Part shown: positions 21,620-32,932 of the stretch, piece after piece | How the letters are laid out: every line of letters starts with the position of its first letter | Numbering within the stretch: position 1 is the stretch's first letter | NCBI GenBank assembly: GCA_027729805.1 | Contig: JAQCEO010000003.1 | Span: forward strand, 6,302-70,301 | Direction: 5' to 3' | Length of the DNA: 64,000 bases | Origin: Actinomycetota bacterium | GTDB taxonomy: Bacteria; Actinomycetota; Actinomycetes; S36-B12 | Position numbers and translations under genes: made by a program | Notes under the pieces: generated by a model | What the model was told of the DNA's origin: nothing | Databases searched by the model: none | Seen by the model: the letters and a program-made list of their open reading frames with translations, nothing else

Positions 21620-24600
21620 GGATTCCTCCTATAACAAGCCGTTCCGGATCCAGCCCCGCAGTCAGCGCCTGCTCACTTAGCGCCAACACGTGCTTTAAAT
21701 CCTTAGGCATGATCTTGGTGAATCGATCCCCACTTGCCGGCCACTTCGCCAGCAGCAACTCCGCCACCTGTGACTGTGTTGCTTCAAAATGATCACGGAT
21801 CAGGAATTGCAACTCGACCAGATCTGCGGTTGAAAGCGGATCTAGGTCCACCATCTCCGGGTTGACCATCCCCGGGAGCAGATCTAAAACATAAGCAGCA
21901 CCGCCCGACATCCCTGCACCAAAATTGCGGCCGGTGCTACCCAAAACCACGACTCGACCACCGGTCATGTATTCACATGCATGATCTCCGACACCTTCGA
22001 CTACCGCGGTTGCCCCTGAATTACGCACACAAAAACGTTCGCCCACCCGGCCCCGCAAATAAATCTCACCGCTGGTGGCGCCGTAGCAAATGACGTTCCC
22101 GGCGATGATGTTGGCCTCGGCAGCAAAAAGCGCTTCGGGTGCCGGATGCACAACTATTTGACCGCCCGATAGCCCCTTACCGACATAGTCATTCGCATCG
22201 CCGATTAGGCGAAGGGTGATACCACGCGGTAAAAATGCACCGAAGGACTGTCCGGCAGAACCAACGAAGGTTAGGTCAATAGTCCCTTCGGGTAAACCGG
22301 CGCCACCGTGTCGACGCGTTACCTCGTACCCAAGCATCGTGCCGACCGCGCGATTGACATTGCGAATAGACAGCCGAGCCCGAACCGGCTCTGCGCGCTC
22401 CAAGGCCGCAGCACATAGGGATATCAGTTCAACATCTAAGGCCCGGTCTAATCCGTGGTCTTGTGAAATCTGTTGGTGACGCGGCGCATCCTGTACCCCG
22501 GTTGGCACGTGCAAAATCGGCTCTAGGTCCAGACCGGCGCTCTTCCAGTGCCTGACGGCACCTTCGACATCCAAGAACTCCGCGTGGCCCACCGCCTCCA
22601 ACAGAGTGCGAAATCCGAGCTCGGCCAGAAACTCGCGGACTTCTTCGGCTATGTACTCAAAGAAAGTCTCTACGAACTCTGGCTCACCCGTGAAGCGCTC
22701 ACGCAGCACCGGATTTTGGGTGGCAACACCAACCGGGCAGGTGTCCAGGTGACAAACCCGCATCATCACACAACCCATCACCACGAGTGGAGCCGTTGCG
22801 AAGCCGAATTCCTCCGCACCCAGCAACGCTGCAATTACTACATCACGTCCGGTTTTCAATTGACCATCGGTTTGCAAGACAATGCGATCTCTGAGACCGT
22901 TGAGCATCAGTGTTTGCTGCGCCTCAGCCAGACCCAACTCCCAAGGTGCACCCGCATGCTGAAGCGAAGTAAGCGGTGCAGCTCCAGTACCACCGTCATG
23001 CCCAGATATCAAAATGACATCAGCATGGGCTTTGGCCACACCTGCTGCAACTGTGCCAACGCCTACTTCGGCGACCAATTTGACATGTATACGGGCCCGC
23101 GGATTGGCATTCTTCAAGTCATGGATCAGCTGCGCTAGATCCTCGATCGAATAGATGTCATGATGCGGAGGCGGCGAAATCAGACCGACTCCGGGGGTCG
23201 AATAGCGCGTCTTTGCGATCCACGGATACACCTTGTGTCCGGGCAACTGCCCACCCTCACCCGGCTTAGCCCCCTGGGCCATCTTGATTTGGATGTCATC
23301 GCTGTTCACTAGGTATTCACTGGTAACTCCAAAGCGACCAGAGGCCACCTGCTTAATGGCCGATCGCCTCGAGTCGCCATTTGGCATCGGCACATAGCGT
23401 TCGGGATCTTCACCGCCCTCGCCCGTATTGGACTTAGCTCCCAGCCGGTTCATCGCAATGGCCAACGTCTCATGAGCTTCCGCGGAGATAGAGCCGTACG
23501 ACATGGCTCCGGTGGAGAAGCGCTTAATGATTGAACTGGCTGGCTCTACTTCATCAATTGACACCGGTGGCCTGATTCCGGCACGAATCGAAAATAGCCC
23601 ACGTAATGTCATTAGTCGCTCTGCTTGATCATTGACGCCGGCGGTGTACTGCCTAAAGATGTCGAAACGCTTATTGCGCGTTGCGTGCTGAAGTCGAAAT
23701 ACGGTCTCCGGGTCGAACAAGTGCGGCTCACCTTCACGGCGCCATTGATACTCACCACCAACATTTAGGGTTCGGTGGGCTGGTGAAATACCCGATGGCG
23801 GGTAAGCAACTGCATGGCGTGCCGCGACCTCGGCTGCGAGCACATCAAGTCCGACTCCACCCAATCGAGATGAAGTACCGGTGAAGTAAGCATCTACCAC
23901 CGGCTGCGATAAACCAATTGCCTCAAAAATCTGCGCACCGCGATACGAAGCAACTGTCGAGACACCCATCTTGCTCATTACCTTCAGTACACCCTTACCT
24001 AGTGCCTTAACAAGATTTCGCATGGCTCGCTCCGGGCTGATCCCCGGAAACACTCCACGCCTTGATAGGTCCTCGACCGACTCAAGTGCAAGATACGGAT
24101 TGACGGCAGCGGCTCCATAGCCGATCAGCAGCGCGACATGATGCACTTCGCGAACATCACCAGCCTCAACGAGCATGCTCACCATTGTGCGCGCCTTAGT
24201 GCGTACCAAGTGATGGTGAACGGCAGCGCAGAGTAGTAGCGACGGGATAGGAGCTTTAATCGCGTCACTGTCCCGGTCAGAGAGCACGATAAAGCGCTTC
24301 CCCTGCCGAATCACCGCATCGACCTCGTTGAAGATCTCGCTCAGGCGCCGCTTCATTGCCTCGTCCCCACCGGCCACCGGATACAGCCCCGCGACGCGCA
24401 CCCCAGCAAAACGCGGCATGGTGCCATCGGCGTTGATGTGCAAGACCTTGGCGAGTTCATCGTTATCAATAACCGGGAACGGAAGCACAACCTGCCTACA
24501 GTGACCCGCCGTAGCTTCCAGCAGATTGCCTTCTGATCCGATATGACTCGAAAGTGAGGTAACGATTTCCTCGCGGATGGCATCAAGCGGTGGGTTTGTC

Positions 24601-26144
24601 ACCTGCGCAAATAATTGTTGAAAGTAGTCGAAGAGTAACCTCGGGCGATTGGAAAGAGCCGCTATCGGAGTGTCCATGCCCATTGAACCAATTGGCTCGG
24701 CACCAAGGCGGGCCATCGGTTCGAGAATAAGTCTCAGCTCTTCATCCGAATAACCAAATGTCTGCTGACGCCGGGTCACCGAGTCGTGGGTGTGCACGAT
24801 GTGCTCACGCTCCGGGAGTTCTTCAAGGTGCACCAACCCGGCATCAAGCCAGTTGGTATAGGGCTCGGCCGCGGCCAATTCGCCCTTGATCTCCTCGTCA
24901 TCGACAATTCGACCAGCCAGTGTGTCTACAAGAAACATCCGACCTGGCTGCAGGCGACCTTTGCGCACGATCGAGGCCGGATCGAAGTCAAGCACCCCAG
25001 ATTCTGACGCCAGCACAACTAACCCATCGTCTGTGACCCAATATCTACCCGGGCGCAAGCCATTGCGGTCGAGAACCGCACCGATGATGGTCCCATCGGT
25101 GAAACACACATTCGCTGGGCCATCCCAAGGCTCCATCAGGGTCGAATGGAATTCATAAAAAGCCCTGCGCGCTGGATCGATATCTGGATGATTTTCCCAC
25201 GCTTCAGGGATCATCATCAGCACCGCATGCGGTAGCGAACGTCCCCCGAGATGAATCAACTCAAGTACTTCATCAAATGACGCCGAGTCACTGCCGCCCC
25301 CGGTGCAAATTGGGAACAGTCGAGTCATGTCACCGGGGATGATTGACGAAGTGAGCATTGACTCACGGGCCTGCATCCAGTTGCGATTACCTTGCACGGT
25401 ATTAATTTCACCGTTATGCGAGATGAACCGGTACGGATGGGCCAACGGCCACGATGGAAATGTGTTGGTTGAAAAGCGTGAATGAACAAGGGCTAGAGCA
25501 GATGTCACTCGTTCATCTGATAGATCCGGATAGAACGGCTCGAGTTGCGCGGTAGTCAACATACCCTTGTAAACAATCGTCCGAGCGGACAGTGACGGGA
25601 AGTAGACATCGGCATCGCGCTCGGCCCGTTTGCGTACCGCGTATACCTGCCGGTCCAGATCCAATCCGCTCTTGCCCTGCGGCGAACTCAGGAACAATTG
25701 CTCGAAGGTGGGCATCACACTTTGCGCCGTCATTCCGACCAAGGTTGGATCCGTCGGCACCGGTCGCCAACCAAGGACGGTTAGTCCTTCATCACTTGCG
25801 ATGGACTCCACCGTGCTCTTACTCACAGCCGCTGCCGATTCGGACCGGGGCAAGAATGCCAAGCCGACGGCATATTGCCCAGCAGCTGGCAACTCAAATG
25901 GCACCGTTGCGCGCAAAAAGGCATCGGGCACCTGCAGCAAGATCCCGGCTCCGTCACCGCTTTCGGGTTCGCTACCCGACGCACCACGATGCTCAAGGTT
26001 GCGCAGTGCGGTCAGGGCCTTGGCGATAACCCCGTGCGAACCCACCCCGGTTAGCGTCGCGACGAAAGCCACCCCACAGGCATCATGTTCACGGGCTGGT
26101 TGATACAAACCCTGAGCGGCGGGTAGGCCGGTTATTGCAGACAT
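21612..26144 (-). CDS. gltB: Glutamate synthase large subunit
   Basis: 1510 aa. N-terminal Ntn amidotransferase (CGVAFVA after processing), an FMN/3Fe-4S central domain and a C-terminal GXGXG beta-helix domain. Confidence 0.97.
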   Translation of the reverse strand: MSAITGLPAAQGLYQPAREHDACGVAFVATLTGVGSHGVIAKALTALRNLEHRGASGSEPESGDGAGILLQVPDAFLRATVPFELPAAGQYAVGLAFLPRSESAAAVSKSTVESIASDEGLTVLGWRPVPTDPTLVGMTAQSVMPTFEQLFLSSPQGKSGLDLDRQVYAVRKRAERDADVYFPSLSARTIVYKGMLTTAQLEPFYPDLSDERVTSALALVHSRFSTNTFPSWPLAHPYRFISHNGEINTVQGNRNWMQARESMLTSSIIPGDMTRLFPICTGGGSDSASFDEVLELIHLGGRSLPHAVLMMIPEAWENHPDIDPARRAFYEFHSTLMEPWDGPANVCFTDGTIIGAVLDRNGLRPGRYWVTDDGLVVLASESGVLDFDPASIVRKGRLQPGRMFLVDTLAGRIVDDEEIKGELAAAEPYTNWLDAGLVHLEELPEREHIVHTHDSVTRRQQTFGYSDEELRLILEPMARLGAEPIGSMGMDTPIAALSNRPRLLFDYFQQLFAQVTNPPLDAIREEIVTSLSSHIGSEGNLLEATAGHCRQVVLPFPVIDNDELAKVLHINADGTMPRFAGVRVAGLYPVAGGDEAMKRRLSEIFNEVDAVIRQGKRFIVLSDRDSDAIKAPIPSLLLCAAVHHHLVRTKARTMVSMLVEAGDVREVHHVALLIGYGAAAVNPYLALESVEDLSRRGVFPGISPERAMRNLVKALGKGVLKVMSKMGVSTVASYRGAQIFEAIGLSQPVVDAYFTGTSSRLGGVGLDVLAAEVAARHAVAYPPSGISPAHRTLNVGGEYQWRREGEPHLFDPETVFRLQHATRNKRFDIFRQYTAGVNDQAERLMTLRGLFSIRAGIRPPVSIDEVEPASSIIKRFSTGAMSYGSISAEAHETLAIAMNRLGAKSNTGEGGEDPERYVPMPNGDSRRSAIKQVASGRFGVTSEYLVNSDDIQIKMAQGAKPGEGGQLPGHKVYPWIAKTRYSTPGVGLISPPPHHDIYSIEDLAQLIHDLKNANPRARIHVKLVAEVGVGTVAAGVAKAHADVILISGHDGGTGAAPLTSLQHAGAPWELGLAEAQQTLMLNGLRDRIVLQTDGQLKTGRDVVIAALLGAEEFGFATAPLVVMGCVMMRVCHLDTCPVGVATQNPVLRERFTGEPEFVETFFEYIAEEVREFLAELGFRTLLEAVGHAEFLDVEGAVRHWKSAGLDLEPILHVPTGVQDAPRHQQISQDHGLDRALDVELISLCAAALERAEPVRARLSIRNVNRAVGTMLGYEVTRRHGGAGLPEGTIDLTFVGSAGQSFGAFLPRGITLRLIGDANDYVGKGLSGGQIVVHPAPEALFAAEANIIAGNVICYGATSGEIYLRGRVGERFCVRNSGATAVVEGVGDHACEYMTGGRVVVLGSTGRNFGAGMSGGAAYVLDLLPGMVNPEMVDLDPLSTADLVELQFLIRDHFEATQSQVAELLLAKWPASGDRFTKIMPKDLKHVLALSEQALTAGLDPERLVIGGIRG

Positions 26145-26215
26145 GGATGCCCTTTCGTCGTCGCGCCACTTCTAGGGATGAGCCCAAGGAGTGGATTCGA
26201 CAGGACGACGTTGGC

Positions 26216-26229
26216 CTATCGGACAATAG
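26216..26229. promoter_or_regulatory. CTAT-N6-ATAG inverted repeat (AmtR-type box core) upstream of gltB
   Basis: The plus strand reads ctatcggacaatag. It lies 72-85 nt upstream of the gltB ATG (26144), in the 140-bp gap between the gltB start and the DsbA-like gene stop. It matches only the core of the Corynebacterium AmtR operator; the flanks do not match. Confidence 0.25.
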
Positions 26230-26284
26230 GGTACCCGATGCCCTTTCCGGACCTGCCGCCGACCACGAGCGAGGGTCTTAATAC

Positions 26285-27082
26285 CTATTTCGCCGCTTCA
26301 GCAGCAACCGCAGCCGCCAGTGCCACCGGATCACCCAGCACGCCGTCACCTAATGGATTGCCGTTTAGAAAGCCGGCCGGGGTTCCGGGCACCTGAGACT
26401 TTTGGAATGTGTCATAGCTATTCGCGGCCCAGCCGACATATGTTCTCGCCGCAACACATTGGGTGAAGGTGTCAAGCTCCGGGCCGGCAATACCCGCATC
26501 GGTTGCGAAAGTCAGCAATTGCTCATCCGAATAGCCATCTCCTTCCTCCACGGGCCTATTTTGGAAGACCGCCTTGTGGTACTCAAGGGTCTTGCCGGCA
26601 TCTACCGCGCAGCCCCAAGCGGCAACCGCCCGAGTTGAGTCGTCATTAGCCAGCCGCGCATCCAAGAAGGTGGTTGGTCGCCAGATCAGTTGAATTTTAC
26701 CTTCATCAGCGAGTTGGACGATGCCAGCACCGTTGGTCTCCTCAAGGATTCCGCATGACGGGCACTGGAAGTCTTCCCAGACGGTAAGGACCGGCACACC
26801 GGTTGTCGCAGGGTTGTAAGGCACGCCGTATTCGTTTATGTCGCCGGCCGGGAATACCCCGGCAGGAAGCGCAGCGGTTGGATCGGCGGTGGCGGTCACC
26901 AAGGTGCCCGTGGTATCGGTGCTTTTAGCGACTACCGCGATACCAATGATCCCGGCTACGACAACAACCACCGTAACCGCACCAACTACACGGATCGTGC
27001 GCTCGCGGCGCTTCACACCAGATTGCGAAGCCGCCCGTGCCGCAGCAGCTGCTTCTCGACGATTCTTGCCACCCTCGCTCAT
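26285..27082 (-). CDS. Membrane-anchored DsbA-family thiol:disulfide oxidoreductase
   Basis: 265 aa. Basic N-terminus followed by one TM helix (VVGAVTVVVVVAGIIGIAVV), then a thioredoxin-fold domain with a CPSC active site (WEDFQCPSCG) and a C-terminal GTPAGFLNG block typical of actinobacterial DsbA-like proteins. SD AGGGAG sits 8 nt before the ATG. Confidence 0.75.
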   Translation of the reverse strand: MSEGGKNRREAAAAARAASQSGVKRRERTIRVVGAVTVVVVVAGIIGIAVVAKSTDTTGTLVTATADPTAALPAGVFPAGDINEYGVPYNPATTGVPVLTVWEDFQCPSCGILEETNGAGIVQLADEGKIQLIWRPTTFLDARLANDDSTRAVAAWGCAVDAGKTLEYHKAVFQNRPVEEGDGYSDEQLLTFATDAGIAGPELDTFTQCVAARTYVGWAANSYDTFQKSQVPGTPAGFLNGNPLGDGVLGDPVALAAAVAAEAAK

Positions 27083-27149
27083 CTGCAGTACTCCCTAAAG
27101 TCCCGAAATTGGTCTATTTACAAACACGTGAACGTCCACGTTACGCGAT

Positions 27150-27956
27150 CTAGTCACTTGGCCGGCGAACCCCCTCGGCCAGTTCGCCGGCAAGGTCCCG
27201 TACCGCCGCGATGGCGGCCGGCAAATCCGCTGCTGCTCGGATACAGCGGACAAATGCCGATCCCACGATCACCCCGTCGGCATAGGTGGCCACCTCGCGG
27301 GCCTGGGCGCCCGTCGATACCCCAAGTCCGACCGAGATGGGTAAACCGGTTACCCGGCGGGTCCGGGTCACCAGGGGCTCCGCGCCGCCACCGACCTGGC
27401 TGCGCGCCCCCGTCACCCCCATGGTCGAGGCGGCGTAAACAAACCCGGAGGTGTTAGCCACCACGGCCTTGATGCGCTCATCGGTCGACGACGGCGCAAC
27501 CAAGAAGATGGTGTCGATGGCATTGGCCTTGGTCGCGGCGAACCACGGACCTGCCTCCTCAGGAGTCAAGTCCGGGGTAATGACCCCGTTGCCACCGGCC
27601 GCGGCCAACCGGGCCGCAAATCTCTCAACGCCGTAACGCTCGATTGGGTTCCAATACGACATCACCAAGAGGGCGGCCCGCTCGCCATCGAGGCGACCAA
27701 CCACATCCAAAACCACATCGGTGGTGGTGCCACCGGCTAACGCCGCAGCAACCGCGAACTGGATGTCAGCACCATCCATCAACGGGTCCGAGTAGGGCAG
27801 CCCTACCTCGATGGCATCCACCCCGGCATCGATCATCGTGTTCAATAGTTCAACCGACGCGGCAGCGGTTGGGTAACCCGCCGGCAGGTACCCGATAAGG
27901 GCCCCACGATTGGCCGACTTGGCTTGGGCAAAAACCTCGGATAGTCGCCGGCTCAT
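27150..27956 (-). CDS. trpA: Tryptophan synthase alpha chain
   Basis: 268 aa. [24 protein letters not shown] and VGFGV-like (SVGLGVS) blocks. ATGA overlap with trpB. Confidence 0.95.
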   Translation of the reverse strand: MSRRLSEVFAQAKSANRGALIGYLPAGYPTAAASVELLNTMIDAGVDAIEVGLPYSDPLMDGADIQFAVAAALAGGTTTDVVLDVVGRLDGERAALLVMSYWNPIERYGVERFAARLAAAGGNGVITPDLTPEEAGPWFAATKANAIDTIFLVAPSSTDERIKAVVANTSGFVYAASTMGVTGARSQVGGGAEPLVTRTRRVTGLPISVGLGVSTGAQAREVATYADGVIVGSAFVRCIRAAADLPAAIAAVRDLAGELAEGVRRPSD

Positions 27957-29182
27957 CGACCTTCAGCCATTTCAATGCCGGCTGGCGCCCCGATACCGAA
28001 CCACCGAGCCGCGGTCGCTACATCCTTATCGCCGCGACCGGATAGGTTGACGATAATCACGGCAGTTGGTCCCAACTCGCGCCCAACCCGCATTGCACCG
28101 GCTAATGCGTGCGCGGTCTCAATCGCCGGGATGATGCCTTCGGTGCGACTCAGTAGCGCCATTGCCGCCATGGCCTCATCATCATTAATCGGTTCATATT
28201 TCGCCCGTCCGGTGTCGTGGAGCCATGAGTGCTCCGGCCCAACCCCCGGATAATCCAGCCCGGCGCTGATCGAATGAGAGGCAATTGTTTGGCCCCATTC
28301 ATCTTGCATTACATACGTGCGCGCCCCGTGCAAAACTCCCGGTGACCCGGCTGCGAAACGGGCTGCATGGCGACCGGTTTCAACTCCATCGCCACCGGCT
28401 TCGTAACCACGCAATTGCACCTCGGCATCGTCCATGAAACCGCTAAACAACCCAATCGCATTGGACCCACCACCAACGCATGCAACAACCGCGTCAGGAA
28501 GTCGGCCTTCGGCAAGTTGGATCTGATCTCGGGCCTCGCGCCCTACGACGGCCTGAAAATAACGAACGACTTCCGGGAACGGTGCCGGCCCCGTCACCGT
28601 GCCAAGCACATAATGGGTCCGCTCAACCGAAGCGACCCAATCGCGCATTGCCTCATTGATGGCATCCTTGAGGGTGCGGCTACCGGCTGTTACCGAAATA
28701 ACTTGTGCGCCCAGTAACTGCATCCGCACCACATTTAATGCTTGCCGGTGGGTGTCTTCCTCGCCCATGAAGACCGTACATTCGAGCCCGAGTAGCGCCG
28801 CAGCCGTTGCGGTGGCCACACCATGTTGGCCTGCGCCCGTCTCGGCGATCATTCGGGACTTGCCCATCCGCTGGGTAAGTAATGCCTGGCCGATTGCATT
28901 GTTGATCTTGTGCGAGCCGGTGTGATTTAAGTCTTCGCGCTTTAAATAAATACGAGCTCCCCCGCAATGCTCGGCGAACCTATCGGCCCTCGTCAGCGGA
29001 CTCGGCCTACCGCTGTACGAGCGCTCCAACTGCGTTAGCCGGGTAATGAAACTCGGGTCGATGATCGCCGAGCGGAAGGCGGAATCCAATTCATCGAGCG
29101 CCGCCGTTAGCGCCTCTGGGACGAAGCGGCCGCCATACGGACCGAAGTGCCCAGCGGTCACCGTGCTGTCCGCGGGAGTCAA
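27953..29182 (-). CDS. trpB: Tryptophan synthase beta chain
   Basis: 409 aa. [19 protein letters not shown]-lysine block, GGGSNAIG. Confidence 0.97.
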   Translation of the reverse strand: MTPADSTVTAGHFGPYGGRFVPEALTAALDELDSAFRSAIIDPSFITRLTQLERSYSGRPSPLTRADRFAEHCGGARIYLKREDLNHTGSHKINNAIGQALLTQRMGKSRMIAETGAGQHGVATATAAALLGLECTVFMGEEDTHRQALNVVRMQLLGAQVISVTAGSRTLKDAINEAMRDWVASVERTHYVLGTVTGPAPFPEVVRYFQAVVGREARDQIQLAEGRLPDAVVACVGGGSNAIGLFSGFMDDAEVQLRGYEAGGDGVETGRHAARFAAGSPGVLHGARTYVMQDEWGQTIASHSISAGLDYPGVGPEHSWLHDTGRAKYEPINDDEAMAAMALLSRTEGIIPAIETAHALAGAMRVGRELGPTAVIIVNLSGRGDKDVATAARWFGIGAPAGIEMAEGR

Positions 29183-29189
29183 TTTCTAC

Positions 29190-29999
29190 TCAACCTCGAC
29201 TATGGCGAAGTGCTGGGTGCGCACCCGCGGTTACCAGATCATGTACCGCAGCACGCGGATCCTTGTCCAGCACCAAACTCTCACCCACGAGCACCGCATC
29301 GGCTCCGGCCTCGGCGTAGGAGATGAGGTCGTGTGGGTCGCGCACCCCTGACTCAGCGATCCGCACACAGTAGTCAGGAATCATCGGGGCCAGCCGGGCA
29401 AAGATGGTTCTGTCAATCTCAAGGGTCTTCAAATCCCGGGCGTTGACGCCGACAATTACCGCACCAGCATCCAGGGCCCGCTGTACCTCAAACTCATCGT
29501 GCACCTCGACAAGCGCGCTTAGCCCCATGCTCTTGGCCCGCTCCACCAAACTAACCAAGGCCGGTTGGTCAAGGGCCGCCACGATCAGCAACACCACGTC
29601 GGCCCCATAGACTTTTGTTTCCCAGAGTTGATAACTAGACAAAATGAAATCCTTGCGCAGCACCGGTACATCCACGGCGGCTCGCACGGCTGCAAGATCA
29701 GTCAGGCTGCCGCCAAATCGCCGCTCCTCGGTTAACACGCTGATGCAGTGTGCGCCACCCTCTTCGTATGCACAGGCCAATACCGCCGGGTCGCCGATTT
29801 CGGCCAGTGCGCCGCGACTGGGACTGGCACGTTTGACCTCGGCTATAACACCGACGTCCTCGCCTTTAAGTACTTTGTAGACATCAATTGCCGGACGCAC
29901 TTTTTGGGCGCGATCTTTCAACTCATCAAGTGGCACCGCATCAATTCGCTGCGCGAGGTCTTCACGCACACCAATGAGGATGTCGTCCAGCACGGTCAC
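29190..29999 (-). CDS. trpC: Indole-3-glycerol phosphate synthase
   Basis: [13 protein letters not shown]-terminus, [16 protein letters not shown] and GVNARDL blocks. The track start at 30083 overlaps the upstream DUF2752 gene. A GTG at 29999 (or 29993), just before VLDDI, is more plausible. No clear SD, so the start is uncertain. Confidence 0.9.
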   Translation of the reverse strand: MTVLDDILIGVREDLAQRIDAVPLDELKDRAQKVRPAIDVYKVLKGEDVGVIAEVKRASPSRGALAEIGDPAVLACAYEEGGAHCISVLTEERRFGGSLTDLAAVRAAVDVPVLRKDFILSSYQLWETKVYGADVVLLIVAALDQPALVSLVERAKSMGLSALVEVHDEFEVQRALDAGAVIVGVNARDLKTLEIDRTIFARLAPMIPDYCVRIAESGVRDPHDLISYAEAGADAVLVGESLVLDKDPRAAVHDLVTAGAHPALRHSRG

Positions 30000-30036
30000 G
30001 TCACAAGGGTAACCACGGGGTGAAACGACCCCCCCC

Positions 30037-30516
30037 TCAGACCCCCGAAGATAGAAATGGCACGAAATTTCGTATGATCCCAAAGGCCAGCACCACGCCC
30101 AAACTTATATACGTAATCATGTTTCTCCGGTTAAACCTCTCGCGGGTTACCGCACCGCGATATCCGCGCCAGCTTCGCAACAGCCAGAGCAACCAAAGCA
30201 CAATTGCCGCCGGCACGAGCCCTACCAGTAGCGCATTATTGTCGACCGCGCCGACCACATCACCATGCAGCAGGTCGTGGGTGCCCCGCAGGAGTCCGCA
30301 TCCAGGACAATCAATACCAAAGAGCGCGCGAGTTGGGCACAGCGGATAGTGGCCAGGCTCATTGGGATCAACAGCCCATAGGTAACCGCACCCGATAACC
30401 ACCAAGGCTCCGGTAACTACCGGTGCGAGCAGCCGGCGCGCGCGCGGTCGGTCATCAACCCGGGCCGCCTCGACAATGTCCTGCGGCGCCATCTTGGTAG
30501 CCGTGACCTGCTCCAT
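30037..30516 (-). CDS. DUF2752-like small membrane protein
   Basis: 159 aa. TM helix then [19 protein letters not shown] (the CP...CPGCG...R signature I associate with DUF2752), followed by 2-3 more TM helices. Function unknown. Confidence 0.6.
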   Translation of the reverse strand: MEQVTATKMAPQDIVEAARVDDRPRARRLLAPVVTGALVVIGCGYLWAVDPNEPGHYPLCPTRALFGIDCPGCGLLRGTHDLLHGDVVGAVDNNALLVGLVPAAIVLWLLWLLRSWRGYRGAVTRERFNRRNMITYISLGVVLAFGIIRNFVPFLSSGV

Positions 30517-30520
30517 CGCC

Positions 30521-31891
30521 TTAGCCTACGAGAGGCAATCGCACCATAAAGCGCGCACCGCCGCCCAGGGCCTGGCCGGCACTAGCCTGACCGCCTAGGC
30601 CGGTCGCCAAGCGCCCCACCAAAGCTAAGCCCAGGCCCGTGCCTACCGGCCGTACCCCCCGATAGCGCTCATGCAGCACTCCGGGTTCGAATGCCACGGC
30701 TATATCTTCTGGGGTCAGGCCCGGGCCCGCGTCTTGGACTTCGAGCAGCGCCGACCGTCCATCGCTACCCACACTCAGCACGATCGAGGATCCCTCGGGT
30801 GAAACACGGAGCGCATTCTCTGCGAGATTATCGATTACCTGACGCAATCTAACCGGATCAAGTTGCGCGATTAACGGATCCGAGGGGGTATCGCAACGAA
30901 ATTCCACACCGACCTTGGCGCAACGATCCGCCCAGACTTCGCCGGCCTCACGGACCAACTCGGCAAGGTCGGTGTCCAGCGGTGTCATTTGAAAATTCAC
31001 GGCGCCCAATCGTGCCAGATCAAGTAGATCCGATACTAAACGATCCAACCGAGTGGCCTCAGCAGTCAAAGTGGCACCGGTACGGGCAACTGCATCAGCG
31101 GGAATGACCCCGTCCGCAAGTGCCTCACCATAACCTCTGACCGCGGTTAATGGAGTGCGTAACTCATGGGAAATTGAAAGCAAAAACTCCCGTTGCCGAC
31201 CCTCAGAGACTGCCAGTTCCGCACTCAAATGGTTTAACGCTTCGGAGATATCGGCAATTTCACTCGGGCCCTCCGCCAGCAATAACACATCACGGGAGCC
31301 GGTTGCCAGTTGATTGGCAGCTTGTCTGGCAGCGCGCAGCGGTCTAGTCAATCGTTGGGCGGCCCAATACCCAATTGGTACCGAGATAAATAAGCCCAAC
31401 AACAATGCGATGCCAAAGCGAAGTAGCAGTGCTTGCGCTGAGCCACCCACCACCCTTATCGGTAGTTGCAGGACCAAGGCTAAGTCACCGCTCATCTTGC
31501 GGGCCTCAATGAGCACCGGGCCAGCAGCCGTCAGGCCTTCGGTAGAAACCGCCGCGCCACCCATCAAACTTTGTATTTCTGTCTCCGACAACCCAAGCGG
31601 TGACACGTTCCCTGCATCAACGATGTAGCCGGAGATCTGCTCGGCGATCAAGGTGCGCTCTAACTCTCTTGGTAGCAGGGAGCTTGACCCAATTTCCAAG
31701 CCACCGCGGTCAAGGGCCGCCGCGGTGATATCGGTCAAGCGACTTAGCCGCTCACGCGATTGCTGCAAGGTAGCTGCGTTGATTAATAAGTACGAGACTG
31801 CCACCGCGACGACGACAACGATTACCGCGACCGTACTAGTCAGAAGTACGGTGCGGGTCACGATGCTCATGCGTGCCCGCCTAGTGGTCAC
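30521..31891 (-). CDS. Sensor histidine kinase (two TM helices, extracytoplasmic loop, HAMP, HisKA, HATPase)
   Basis: 456 aa. H-box ISHELRTPLTAVRGY, N-box DNLAENALR, G1 VQDAGPGL, G2 GTGLGLALV. 4-nt overlap with the upstream response regulator gene. Confidence 0.9.
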   Translation of the reverse strand: MTTRRARMSIVTRTVLLTSTVAVIVVVVAVAVSYLLINAATLQQSRERLSRLTDITAAALDRGGLEIGSSSLLPRELERTLIAEQISGYIVDAGNVSPLGLSETEIQSLMGGAAVSTEGLTAAGPVLIEARKMSGDLALVLQLPIRVVGGSAQALLLRFGIALLLGLFISVPIGYWAAQRLTRPLRAARQAANQLATGSRDVLLLAEGPSEIADISEALNHLSAELAVSEGRQREFLLSISHELRTPLTAVRGYGEALADGVIPADAVARTGATLTAEATRLDRLVSDLLDLARLGAVNFQMTPLDTDLAELVREAGEVWADRCAKVGVEFRCDTPSDPLIAQLDPVRLRQVIDNLAENALRVSPEGSSIVLSVGSDGRSALLEVQDAGPGLTPEDIAVAFEPGVLHERYRGVRPVGTGLGLALVGRLATGLGGQASAGQALGGGARFMVRLPLVG

Positions 31892-32580
31892 GGCTCAAGC
31901 TCCGCGGAGTACCCCACCCCACGCACGGTGCGGATCGGACTGTGATCACCAAGTTTCGCCCGAACTTGCGCAACATGGACGTCAACGGTTCTGGTACTAA
32001 CAATGGCCGCATAACCCCACACTTCAGAGAGCAGTTGCTCACGACTTAGGACTTTGCCCTGATTGGCCATGAGATGCTCGAGCAGGTCAAACTCGGTGGC
32101 CGTCAGTTGCACTTGCGCACCGGCAACACTTACGCGTCTGGTTACTGGATCAACCGATACATCACCTAGGATCAGCGGGCCCGCCCTGGTTGCTGCCTGA
32201 GCTGCTCGCCGAACAACGGCCTTGACCCGCGCAACCACCTCACGCGGACTAAATGGTTTCGTGACGTAGTCATCGGCTCCAAGTTCGAGGCCGACAACTC
32301 GGTCAACTTCATCATCGCGCGCGGTACAAAAAAGCACCGGCGTCCAGTTCGCCTCCGCTCGGAGCCTGCGGCATATTTCAGTACCGTCCATCGACGGTAA
32401 GCCGACGTCAAGGATGATCGCGACCGGGTGCAGGGCGCGTGCGGCGCCAAGGCCGGCTAAGCCATCGGATTCAACTTGAACCCCGAACCCCTCCCGGGTT
32501 AGGTAAAGGCGCAGCAGGTCCGAGATCGCCCGCTCATCCTCAACAACCAGGATCAGACCTTTGACCGAATCGGGGCTCAT
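31888..32580 (-). CDS. OmpR/PhoB-family response regulator
   Basis: 230 aa. Receiver domain (ILVVEDE...ILDVGLPSMDG...TARDD...KPF) and a winged-helix C-terminus (LTATEFDLLEHL...VRGVGY). Confidence 0.92.
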   Translation of the reverse strand: MSPDSVKGLILVVEDERAISDLLRLYLTREGFGVQVESDGLAGLGAARALHPVAIILDVGLPSMDGTEICRRLRAEANWTPVLFCTARDDEVDRVVGLELGADDYVTKPFSPREVVARVKAVVRRAAQAATRAGPLILGDVSVDPVTRRVSVAGAQVQLTATEFDLLEHLMANQGKVLSREQLLSEVWGYAAIVSTRTVDVHVAQVRAKLGDHSPIRTVRGVGYSAELEP

Positions 32581-32663
32581 ACCACTAAGAGTGCCATGGC
32601 AGGCAACTTATCCGCACGTGGCAAGGCGTCCGCTTGATCAGGGATTCATTAGGATTTGGTAAA

Positions 32664-32894
32664 TCAGCGCCTTGGGATAGTGCCCAACCCGGCCGTTTGC
32701 ATAATCTTGCCGACAATGGCACCGACCACCACTAGTGCAGCACCGACCCAGAACATCGGCCAGTTGCCAAGCATCACGGCCAAGGTGCCGACCAAAAATG
32801 CGATGCAGATGATAACGACGGTGGTCCAAGCGGCCGGGGTTGACCCGTGGTGTCCGTGCTTGACTTGCTGCTCGTTGGAACCCGCATGACTCAT
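32664..32894 (-). CDS. HGxxPAAW-family small membrane protein
   Basis: 76 aa. Contains HGSTPAAWTTVVI followed by two TM helices. This matches the family name/signature HGxxPAAW, which as far as I recall is found next to actinobacterial trp genes. Chosen over the overlapping 131-aa ORF at 32638..33033. Confidence 0.65.
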   Translation of the reverse strand: MSHAGSNEQQVKHGHHGSTPAAWTTVVIICIAFLVGTLAVMLGNWPMFWVGAALVVVGAIVGKIMQTAGLGTIPRR

Positions 32895-32932
32895 GGCTAC
32901 ATCTAAGCATCAAGGTCATCACCGATGCTACT

